Part shown: piece by piece, positions 39,899 through 51,500 of the stretch | Position numbering within the stretch: position 1 is the first letter of the stretch | Layout of the letters: each line of letters starts with the position of its first letter | Assembly: GCF_036321535.1 (NCBI RefSeq) | Contig: NC_087436.1 | Location: 109,060,001 to 109,124,000, forward strand | DNA from: Camelus dromedarius | Lineage: Eukaryota | Direction: 5' to 3' | Length of the DNA stretch: 64,000 nucleotides | Translations under genes and position numbers: made by a program | The notes under the pieces: generated by a model | The model's database searches: none | Seen by the model: the letters and a program-made list of their open reading frames with translations, nothing else | Told to the model about the DNA's origin: nothing

Positions 39899-41139
39899 AT
39901 GCAATAATCAGGTGCAGTCAAAAGTCAGACTCCTAGTCTACAAATCAGAGGACAGATCCTGGACCGTGGTAAAATCATCAGGATAATGAGGCCCCTTGGA
40001 GAAATACAACCAGACTTTATCTAACCTGTGCCTCTGCATTAGTTTTCCTATTTTATTGAAATAGCAAAAATATCCCTAGCAAAGGTCAGTTAGAAGATCA
40101 AATGCTACAGTGTGTATGTAGCGTCCAACCCTGCAGGTATTAGATAAATCCTAGTCTCTTTCTATTCCTCCTTCTCCAAATTATTTCAATTCTGACTCTA
40201 AAGGAATGTTTCCCTTTTATAGCTTAACAACTAATTATCCAAGCAAGTACCACAAGTGCGAAGCTATAGTTGCAAGCACAAAGCAGAAAAAAGAAAAGGA
40301 TGAGGCAAGTTTTCCTACCCAGATTTATCACTCCTGTACATCACCGTATAAACTTTCTTTCTGTCAGAACGTGAGACAGCTGCAGGAATAAAGACATACG
40401 ACGCAGGAGGAAATCTACTGAACATTTTTGAATTAAATGTCTGAAACTTGCAACAAAAAAATTCTACTGATAATTTATAGTAAAATCCAGATTAAGAAAT
40501 TACTTGAAAAATATGGAGTTTGTAATTTTCAGTTCATCATGTATTAAAACACAGAATCGACAAAAATTTTTTTGAAAAGATGTCACCTAGCTTTATTTCC
40601 AGATTTTATGAATCTTACTGATTCTTTAATAAAAAAAAGAAAGAGTAATGAAAAAAAAGTGAGTCACTAAGCTAGTAAGTTGTACCATTATAATGAATGG
40701 TAATGGGGGTGTTTTGTTGGAGCTGAAGATCAATATGATTTATTACCAGATGCTCCACTGATAAAGCTGATGAGGTAATAATCAGGGAAGTAAAATTTAC
40801 CAAGAGCTTCATATATGTTTTCATCTCTGCTTGTAAATTTAATTTATTATAGCTTTATGTGATAAACTACCTCTTCAACATCAGCAAACCCAATGGGACC
40901 TATTATTTAGTATAACTTTTATGCTACCAAATTCCACCATCATCCAAAATCTATAGAGCATGCAAAATGTCAGAAAAGCTCTATGACAAAAAATAAAGTA
41001 GACTTCATGAGATAAACCATTTAAATGTTTCATATTCCTTTCAGTGTGTCATGTCTACAACAACTCACTCTTTGGTCAACCAGCAACAGCGTTTTGGTCT
41101 CCTTTCCTATGATTGGAATTTAATCAGTTCCCTCCAGGG

Positions 41140-42230
41140 TCCAGAACAACCTTGCTCCCACATACGTCTTAACTAACTCTCACTCTCATGTTGCTCTAAA
41201 CCCATTCTTCCTCTCTGACTTGCTAATGATTGCAGGTTTCTTCATCTTAAAATAAATCCAAGTGTCTGTCCTTTATAGTGGCAATTGTCTTAAAAAAAAA
41301 AAAATCCGTTCTCAGCCAAACTCTTCAAACTGCTCCATATCTACTCTCTTCAATAGTTGTCATCGACGACCTTTCTTAACACTCTGGAGAGCGGCTTACT
41401 TACCTATCACTCTATATTGAATCCTCCAAGAACAACATGCTGCTCAAACTCTAAGACCTGCTCTCAAATCCCCTCTTGGTTAATCAGCCAGAGTATCTGA
41501 CTCTGCAGATCATTTTTCCTAGAAGCCCCTTACCCATCATGGCCCTCCGCGGTTTTCATTCAGTTCCCTTGGGTTTCTCCTCTCTTGCTCTTCCTTCCAT
41601 TGGCCATTTGATGGCTTTAACCGTCTACTTTGTTTTTTATAGTATTAATTACTCCTAAATCTTTTCCTCAAATCCCGTCTTGCTCCAAATGATGATAGTC
41701 TGTATTATTTTAATATCTCTGAATATCTTATTGGAATTTCCATCTTGCATAAATTTTTCTCACCACCATCTTCCTTCCCAGTTTTGGTCCTGCTCCTCAG
41801 CTTCTTACATGCAATGTGATAACCATCATCTCTTCATCTCTCGTACTTGACATTTTGGCATCATCTTTGGTTAAATTTTTTTCCATCATTCTCTCATCTC
41901 ATCAAATGCCACATCCTATTAATTCTGCTTCTGTATTAGCTACCATATCTGCTTCTGCACCATCATTCCTACTATTACTTACTAGCTCCTGCTCTTATGA
42001 CATCTCACCTCAACCACTGTAACAGTCTCCTAAGAGGCCCCGTGCCTGGTATTCTCTCCTTTTGCCAAACCACTGGTGCACAGCTGTCAGATCAATTCTT
42101 CTGGGAGATTCAAACTTCTGTGTTCAAATGCCTCCTAAAGAAGGACTTAGATCCTTATCCTATCAAGGTCCTCCATGAATTAGCTCCGACCTACCTTTCT
42201 AACTTTGTTTCCCTGGTGTTTGGTACCTGA
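41140..42230 (+). mobile_element. Degenerate LINE-2 remnant
   Basis: Pyrimidine-rich; catctcacctcaaccactgtaacagtctcctaa; caaggtcctccatgaattagctccgacctacctttc. Confidence 0.55.
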
Positions 42231-43465
42231 GAGAGTTCAAGAAAACAAATGTCTTTTATGGGCAAGGTAGTGTTCCAGCAATTAAAAATTTGATGAGAAT
42301 AATATTATTATGTGCATCCATTATTCCATGTCTCTGTCAAATCTCCATGGATTCTAGAGTTCCTATAAGGATCATGTCTTACACTGCAAAGCTCAAAGCA
42401 CATTTTTAAGCACGTATTAATTATTTCAAAATAGTGTTATTGGGTTTTGTGAATTAAGGTTATTCTTATATAAGGAAAATTAGAGCAGTTAACTGGTGAA
42501 AAAATAATGAATAGTTTTTGAAAATAATTTAATTTTTTGGTGCCCACATGTAGATCTATCACCAGAAGTTAATCCTATGTTATTATTCCAACCAAATATG
42601 CCCCCAAAATTTATTTAATTCAGATTTAGAATTAACTTCTAAAATGATACAATATACACTTGGGGGGTTAAGAGGTGTTTTCTTCGTTAATGGATATTGA
42701 GACTTTGCCTAATGTTTACTTCTCAAGATGCTAAAAGCAGTCCACTTTACATCTTATGTGACCTTGTTTAATTCACCTGACTTATATTTGGCAAGGACAG
42801 AGAAATGAACCCGCAGCTGCATACAAACTAGGTAGGAGATATCTTGTCCAAAGAATTTAACGTTTGATGGAGATAGTTACTGGCTCAATTAAGCTAAAAT
42901 ACTGACTAATTAAAAAATCTTATATACTTTGACTTACAACATTATCTTTTTTACACTCTGTGGTAGACTATACAACAGAACAAAACAGTGAAACTGCACT
43001 TTAAAACGTGAGCTCTTGAGAAGGCAGACATCATCTAGTTATCTTGTTCCTATGATTTACTACCCCGGCTTGGTTTTTCATTTATTTCCCCCCAATTCCA
43101 AGCTAGAAATGGACAGGAGCAGATGTACAGAAACAATCGGACAGATAGGGTACACACACTCTTATTTTTCCTAAGGAATCTAATAACACCTTCTGAAAAA
43201 AAAGGAAAGTACTGTTTGCTCTTAAAATGCATTCCTTTTAATTCTACCTGTGTTAAAAAAAAAAAAGAAAGAAAAAAGAAAAAATCCTAGTCACTTCAAC
43301 AAGATATGTAATTAAACAGAGTAAGGGTCAATACAATTCTGTAAGGAACATTTGTGTAAGCTGATTGACCACACTGGCCTTTGATAAACCCAGAATCTCC
43401 TAAAGAAAGTCATGGTTTGGGTCACTGGGGAGATGGAGGGGTAAGAGGGAATTCAGGGCACATAC

Positions 43466-43604
43466 ATTTCCGTGATGGTCTCTGGCAGATTCGTGGGGAT
43501 CTCAGTGAGACCTTTCCCACGGCAGTCTACGATATTGTTGCTACAGGTACAAGCGGCCGGACAGTGCAAAACACTGCAAGAAGGAGCCATAAATGACTGG
43601 TGCC
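43466..43604 (-). CDS. SLIT2: SLIT2 exon 9 (139 nt, LRRNT of D2): [46 protein letters not shown](I)
   Basis: Acceptor tttctttttcag|GG CAC CAG; donor GAA AT|gtatgt; translated by hand. Confidence 0.97.
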
Positions 43605-44542
43605 CTGAAAAAGAAACAAACCGAAGTTACATGTTTTCCTCCTGAATGTCCTAATTGTGAAACATGCAAACTTAGCTCAAATGACAAAGCATCTTATTTA
43701 ACACAAATGCATTCCTCTAAATACCTGATCATAAAATGATATTGTATGTCTAAAATATATTTTAGGAAGCATGCATTTATGTCTTTGGGTCAACCAGATA
43801 AAACAAATGAGATCTTTAAAGCAAATTTACAAAAATGATCATTTTGAAAATTTGAAATCTTTGTGAGAAAGGCTAAATTCTGATTCGAAACTAGGATTCT
43901 ATTCAAAACTATTATGAGTTCCAAAAAGAGCAGCAATTTCAGACTAACCTATATTTCATTTCTAATAAGCTTAGATAGAGCTTACTCTTTATTGAACTTA
44001 CGTAGCTTAACTTACTTCATCTCATAAAAAAGAAAGGAAAGCTTTAAAACTTCCCTCTTGGTAGACGTAAGTGTTGACTCTCAATAAGAAAACAGATGCC
44101 AATACGTATGGGGGGAAAATAGATGATGCTAAGTTTGATTGTTTGGTTAGGTTCACAATGACTGCTTTCTTTGTTGTAATAACTGGTACCATGTCATTCT
44201 GTTAGTTTTAACGATGCCCTAGGTGGTTTCCTTTTTTTGACTTCATATAGCTTAAAATTTTAGCCGAAGTCATTGCATGCAGGTATATATTTTTACTACT
44301 CAGATTTGAAATTTTGCTGTTCAAATGGTGAGCAACAGACTGTCAGGCATCCTGTACCAAGTGGGCCAATGCTGGGCTTGTCCTTGCAGCGGAGACAGCC
44401 CTCTCCGACCTGCAGGGAAAGGGCCCCCATGCTGGTGAGACGCAGGGAAGAGGCTGCAGGCCAGTTACTAACCCGATCCCTCTCAATAAACTCTCACACT
44501 GTACAAAAATAGTTTCAGTCTAAACAAGAAACGTGAACTTGC

Positions 44543-44554
44543 CTTCTTCCTCAT
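44543..44554 (-). CDS. SLIT2: SLIT2 12-nt alternative microexon encoding DEEE in the D1-D2 linker; GC 5' splice site
   Basis: Sense strand: long pyrimidine tract ...ttttccttcctgttttctag|ATGAGGAAGAAG|gcaagt. Phase 1-1 gives VCS-DEEE-GHQSF, matching the Slit2 isoform I recall containing CSDEEEGHQSF. Confidence 0.9.
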
Positions 44555-44594
44555 CTAGAAAACAGGAAGGAAAAAGTGAAGAGAGAAAAAAGTG

Positions 44595-44615
44595 GTTAGT
44601 AATGAACTGTTAGTC
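44595..44615 (-). promoter_or_regulatory. Tandem ACTAAC motifs (consensus branch point TACTAAC / QKI-type element) upstream of the 12-nt microexon
   Basis: Sense strand gACTAACagttcattACTAACc; predicted branch A at 44596, about 42 nt before the acceptor. Confidence 0.7.
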
Positions 44616-44934
44616 ATTTCATTATTCAACTTTTTTTTTATTTAAAGCAATCAGACCTACTGAGAACATTTCGTGACATTATAAGAAAATTTTGTTTGGG
44701 TTACAAAAAGCATGAGAAAATACATAAAAAGGTCTAAAGGACAGCAATAAAACAGAATCCTGAACTAGCATGTCTTCTCACTTTCCTTTAAGAAATTGCT
44801 ATTTATGATCCATTATATGTACTTTAAAATTTCATTTTATTGTATTTTGAACAGACACTCCCGAAGCACACAAAGCCCTAGCTCTACAAAATAATTATAT
44901 ATTACTATTTGTATAATATATTAACATACAATTT

Positions 44935-45140
44935 ATGTGGACTGGGCATCAGACTGCCTTGGTTGGGATCCTTGAACTCAATTGTATAACCTTGGACTTT
45001 CCTTTTCTCAGCATTTTAATCTCTAACAGAAAGATAACATTACATTTCTCCACAGCTGTTATGAGGGAGGTAAAAATGAGGTAAATATATGTGACATGCT
45101 TAGAGTGGTGCTTAAGCACATAGAAAGACCTAACTGAACG
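44935..45140 (+). mobile_element. MIR SINE
   Basis: catcagactgccttggtt..cacagctgttatgagg..aaatgaggtaaatatatgtgacatgcttagag. Confidence 0.6.
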
Positions 45141-45643
45141 CCTTATTTTTATTTTCAGATTTTTGTTACTATAGGGCTAGTCATTTACCTCTTTTAGGTA
45201 GAACGGAACCACCAGTATGTAAAGTATTTTGTCACTTTGCAACTATAGTTCTATTAATTTTTTGACTTTTGCATCCGGGATCCAGGATTAGTTCAGCATT
45301 TTCCCCATCATTAACATAAAAGTAGATACCAATGGTTACTTCAAGGGAAAACAATGAACAAATAGAACCATAATCTAGGAATGTCTTATATTTCTCTTGG
45401 AGTGAAAACTGGAACCTCTTTCATCATAACTTAGGCACAAGTCATCAGAAGTTGCCAATCATGCACAAACGTGTAGAGCGTCTGACTGTCTTCGCCGGCA
45501 CAGAGGAGCTCTGCAGAGTGATTAGTGCGCCCCTGCACATGTTAGTGAGCAACAATGAAACCCTGCAAGAGCATGCACTCTGCACAATTCCTGACATCAC
45601 AGCAGACAGGAATACGGGAACGGGAAGCTTCTTTCCCCCTTAC

Positions 45644-45807
45644 CGCTGCAGACAAACTCCCGCTTTTGAACCTCAGCTACATTGTGGCCCCGCAGGTGGG
45701 ACGGCCCCATACACTGCGTGTAGAGGCCCACCCGGGGCCGCTGGCGCAGCCAGTCGGAGAGCCAGGCCAGGTGGCAGTCACAGTACAGGTTGTTCGAATG
45801 CAGTCGA
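45644..45807 (-). CDS. SLIT2: SLIT2 exon 8 (164 nt, last LRR plus LRRCT of D1): [54 protein letters not shown]
   Basis: Acceptor ctcgtgtag|T CGA CTG; donor TGC AGC G|gtaagg; ORF 45597..45821; LRRCT cysteine pattern. Confidence 0.97.
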
Positions 45808-48436
45808 CTACACGAGAGCAAAGAAGTTTAAAGCAAGAAAACAGAAAATAGTTATTTTGAAACTAGGCAAATTCATTCATAATAACATATCACTTTCTCT
45901 CTGATAACATATAAGTAGGCAGAGCTAAATAAGTGCCAATTGAATTATTTTTCTAAACATTAAACTGGTTTCCAACCACAGACTGAGGTCCCTCTTCACC
46001 TACCTCTGAGCTAAACAAATATACAGAAGCTTGAACATGACCCTAAAAACCTTTTTGATTCAAAGGGGCAAAGAGACACAAATCAGCCCAAGGCAGACTG
46101 CTCTGCAGCCCCGACATGCTGACAGCCCGCTGTGGTGGGGTGGGGCAGTGGGGAGGTCAGGGGTCAGACGGGGGGAGGAGGTACGTTCATAAAAGTTGTG
46201 GCTCCCAGTTTGAAGTACCAGTTAGCCTTGCCAGTATTCGCTTTGTAGAAAACTGCTTGCAAAACCTTTTTAGCAGGTCACTTTCATATATATATATATA
46301 TATTTTATTTTTTGCTGAACCAGAGAGAATAATAATTCAATATAAACCACTTCTTTTTCACATCCCTATTCTGATTTCCTTCTTTTTGTTTAAGCGCAGG
46401 AAAGGGGATTAGCTGCTTTTGGCTCTTGGGGACATATCCTCAAAGAATAGGACCTGAAATTAAAAGACATAAATGGCTGGGAGTGAAGGAATTAAGCCAG
46501 CCCCCTCTCGGCTGGCAGGGATCCACAGCAGATCATGGGTCCCGTCCAAGTGGCAAATAGCACTTCTCCATTAATAAAATATCAGACAAATGTATCCACT
46601 AAATTAGGTAAATGACTTCAAACTGCCTTTTATGTTTTCTCAAACTAAAGAAAAGGACATCCAAAGCTATAAATCAAAGCATCATTCCCAGAATCATCTA
46701 TGACACAGTAATACCATTTTAGTCCTTTTTAGCTGATGTGCTCAATTCTAACCCAATAACAGTAATGGATATTAAAACATGGAACCCAGTCCAGAAAGAT
46801 AATTGGACCATAAAAATGGAATTTTTAAGTAGCAATGATAATATAGAATAATGAAACAACCAAAGCAAGGGAATTTAAAGTTAGACGACTGTTTTACATT
46901 CTCCTTGAGCCTGGAGATATGGAACAGACTGTCTCGCTCAAACTAGACGGCATGCCACAGGACAAAAAGGGACATTTTGGGAAGGCTGGATGACCTCTGG
47001 CAAAGTTTGCTTGGAGGGCAGAGTGGCATTCTTTGGAGGCCACAAAACACATTCCACATCATTGTTCTCTAAATATTTCCATCTAAACCAGGCACATTAT
47101 GATGATTCAATTAGATGTGCACACATCAGAAATGAGAAAGGAACACAAAAATGTAAAAACCTGATTAGTAAGACAAACTGTAGTGGATTTCTACAGGAAA
47201 ATAAAACCCACTGTCAAAAATGCAGATGACAGATGTTTTTACAGTCTTTAGACATCTACAGTCTTAGGTGTTTTTACAGACTTAGTAAGTCTTAACTTAC
47301 AGGCGTTAGTTTTTCAAGGATTGAAAGCTTGATCAGTTTGTTTTTAAAAAAATTAGCTAAAGCTAATGAGAAACCAATTTCATCAAATATAGTTTGAGTC
47401 AACTGGGCTGTTCATCTGGCCAGATTAGTCTTAATCTAACAGCCCCAAGAAAACAAAATTTAGTTACGTCTACTTACTTTTATAATGACTGTAGTTTGCT
47501 AAATTGTATTCCAAGGAAATTATAATAATGATATCCTGTAAAGAGCTAAATTTTTGTGAGAAAAAACGACACTGAAATTGGTGCTATCTAATTCATTAAA
47601 AAGTGGTGATCTAATTAATTTTTTATTGGAGAGGAAATAAATGTTATGCTTTCAGTGATAATAAAAATATTTTGAAAACCTGATCAAAATATATTTACCC
47701 TACTTAAAAACACACTTTTGTCAAGAAGTCCAATGCTTTGGTTATGTTTCCCAGCATGTCTCACATATTGTATATATTTTTTAGGTCAAGGTGATTCTGA
47801 AACCCAGTTCAAATGAGATTTATCTCTGAAAATGCTTTCACTAAATACTCCACCCTGGGTTTTGAGGATTAATTTTCCTCTAAGAGAAGAAGATAGCTGT
47901 AGCAAATACTTTATCAGAGAATCCTTTTTATTCACCTAAAATATTTTAATGTCCATCTGTAACCCCTGAAAAGATATATTTAAATATAGACGCTGGCACA
48001 ACCTTAATTATAGAAGCACTAAAGGGTGAGGCTGTAATTTTACATTACAAAGAGTACTGCAGGGCCAGTTTAGCTGTATTAGGATTGCTGGTTGTACAGT
48101 AATAAAATCATAAAGATTTACCATTTATCATTTCTGACAGCCAATCAAGGAGCTTTCCATTTCTTAATGAAATGTGACCTCCACAATAGCTCAAAGTAAA
48201 CGTTTTTCTACCCGCCTCAACTTCCCGTAACACATTATCAATTAAAAGAAAGCTTTCACGTTTTCAGAGTAATAGTTCATTTACTCAAATATCATATCTA
48301 GAACTTTTTAAAAAGCGGTGTTTCCCTTGTCTATCTCATGATGAGCTAATGGTACTGTTCTTTGCATACTAAAAATATAGCCTAAGGGGAATCGTTAATT
48401 GGTTAAATTGACTTGATGCACATTGCAGCTACTTAC

Positions 48437-48508
48437 AAGGTCCTAAGTTTGGGCATGTGGTTGAAACTTGCCACAGAAAGTCTAGTAATGTTGTTATTGT
48501 TGAGAGTG
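48437..48508 (-). CDS. SLIT2: SLIT2 exon 7 (72 nt LRR): [23 protein letters not shown](F)
   Basis: Acceptor tttactctacag|C ACT CTC AAC; donor ACC TT|gtaagt; not in ORF track, translated by hand. Confidence 0.97.
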
Positions 48509-51500
48509 CTGTAGAGTAAAAAAAAAGTTAGAAATTTTAGAAATATGAATATTTATTGAGTACTCCATATATTAACAGAGAGGAAACTTCTTACGATTCT
48601 GTTTCTCCAAGACAGCAGGACAAGTACCTGGTAAAGACGGCACCAGGAATGCTCTCTGTTACACACACGACGGTAAATACACTTCACACTTTAACACATT
48701 CCTCTGCAGTCATCATACATTGATTACAAATTTATGGCTTTAGCCATAGCAGCTTCGACCATGTTGCTTTACGCCCTGTGTACATACATGTCTACTTACG
48801 ATATTGGTTAAGGAATGAACCTGAGGCAGTCATGGCTGGAAAAACTGAACAATTACACTTCATTTGAGGGGTACTACGTATAACTGGTGTCTGAGAGTAA
48901 ATGAACCAATGTGAATTCTCTGACTGAAATCTCACGGGAGTGGCGCAGAATCAGTTCTGACAGGTCCTGGAACAGAGTCCTGGTCACTGTTCTTTACTGC
49001 GGACATCAGCCGCTGCTGAAATTTGAGTAGTAAGAACAATATCTGTATTTGGTACTTGCATTAGGTAAGGATGAAGTGACATGCTGTAGCAGTACAGTAA
49101 AAGCGTAATATAGTCTAGCAGGTTTTAATTGCAGCCATGTATCCTGTTCTTTGTTCAGTGCTCGGTGATGGTGACCATGATTTCCTGAAGCGAGAGTCAA
49201 GAAGATGGGGGGTCAAGGGAGCTACGGTGAAAATAAGCATAATTCTTGCTTGGTTCAAATGTTTCCTACTTTCCCCTCTAACACAACAAGCATTGTTAGT
49301 TGAATTATTATGACTATACACTTCCTCCTCCTGTTTCATTCATCAAATATTTCCTGAATGATTCTTATTTTTATGGAAACATGGAACATTCTAAAAATAA
49401 ATCAGGCACAAATCCTGTCCCAAAATAGCATATAGTCCAAATGGGGAGAGGAATTACACAAATCACAAAAACTCAAAGTGAATAAGATTTAGAAGAGAGA
49501 TATCGTCCCCACCCCCTTTGGAAAAGTCTGATTGTGGCAGGACAGCGAGGAGACCAGTCATCTCAGGGCTGTGTGAGTAGAGTGTGCAGATGGCAAATGA
49601 TTCAAGTCTAAAGACGATACAGTGGGGTGGTGACTAAACGAGGCAAGTTGCTGAAGGACACAAGAAAGGCAGGCTCAGGGCTGATGTTTGATATCAGAGA
49701 AGGGTCTCAATTAGAGGTTGCACATTTACTTGCCTACAGAGGCCAGGAAGACAATATGCATGAGAGAAGCGGGCGACCGATAAAGAAACACAGTGGAGAA
49801 GAGAGACGGAGAAGAGCAGATAGACAGCTGGGAACCAGGAGGACCTCGGTCAGCTAGTCATGCTATTCTCTGTTGTAAGCAACGAATATTCAGCTCCAAG
49901 GGACTGCTGCTCTGCTGCAATGGAAGGCTGCCAAATAATCTGACTTTCTCAAGAGAATCTAGAAATGGAAATTTTTAGATCAATTCTTCTAATTTTTAAA
50001 TACTGGAAACTAACTCAAATATTGTAGAGTCTGTGGGTCAAGTCTGTTTGGATTAGGCAAGATACATCTGTAAGGCCACTTTAGGTCAGCTGGTGGCTAT
50101 GACTATCAGTGGTGGGATGTGGGGTGTTCAGGGGTTGGGGGATTAATATTAGCGTCTCAGTAAAGGAGGGCATGACAGCTACGGATCTAGAACATTCACT
50201 GACTCTCTTTATGATCCAGTTTTGCAATGTATTGAATGATACAAGAATTAATCCAAGTGATTTGAATTAAGTCCACATAGAAAAAAAACCCACTTTATGA
50301 AGGACCTATAAAGCACCGAATTAGTTGGCTCATGTTATTCAAAACCCTCTAGCATTTTTTTCTGCACTCAAGTGAAATGAGATTTTTTTTCAAACACCAT
50401 TAAAACATATCCTGATGTTTGAACTAAAAGGTTTCACTTCTCAAAGGGATTTGTTTTCAAATGACCCCTTTTACCACTCTCAAAATTTATGCTGACTTTA
50501 TACAGCTAAAATCTTTAGAGTACACAGCATACTGAAATGTGACTTTGGGAATAACATTTTTTAAAGGAATTCACACTCACCAGACACACATTAACTCTGA
50601 ACTATAGTTTCTTATAATTGCACACAAAAGAGAGTTTTCATTGCATGCAGAAGCCACTGGCTAGCAATTTGAAGACTTTTCTCAAACTATTGCAACAAAA
50701 AGAATAAATTATCTTAGTATTTTTATTCAGTGTTGATGCTGGCAAAGCAATATTGATACTAATACCTGGTAACTGAACAATATGTGAAACCAATGAGGTT
50801 ATTTTGGAATTAATAAAAAGTGTAAGTGTTGATCAGGTATGATGAGCTGTATATGTTACGGCCATGATCAATTTCTATTCTGAAACAGCGTGGATTTATA
50901 CACTGTCCTTTTTTGTTTGCAAACACTTTTTCCTGTATGAAAGTCTATTTCTATGTTCAGCCTGAAGATTTTCTCTTCGTAATGAGAGTGTATTCTTGTA
51001 TGAAGGACGTCCTGGTGTGTAAATAAGAAATGTTTGTCTTGGTAGTCATGTAGGCCCTCTCAGACTTAGATCTTGATTTATTCTTTCTTATTCCCTAGTG
51101 CTAAGCGTAGGATTTGGCAGAGAGTCTAGTATTGAATGGATATGAATCACTATGTTTCAATTCAATTAAATTATGTCCATTCTATAGAAAAGAAAAGAAA
51201 TTAACCATATGAAACTGGCAACTCAAGGGATATATTTTATTTCTGAACCTAGTGTCTGAAGCAAAAGAAAATATTGATCTTCATTTAGGTTCCAATGTTA
51301 TTTTTGAGATACTATCTTCATAATAAGAAAGTAAAGTTCTAAATCCTACCAGTGAGACTTACACAAAACGTCAGTTTGTTATGAACATACAAGTGATGAA
51401 CTGTCTCTGCTTTCTCTGCCTTGGCTTCTCCTTGAACTTTATTCAGTCTCTTCTTTAATAGATATTTTACTCTAACAAATTTTCATCAGTGGCCCAATAT

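Noticed and set aside
45452..45904. 150-aa plus-strand ORF overlapping exon 8
   Set aside because: Antisense shadow of a GC-rich coding exon; no recognisable domain.
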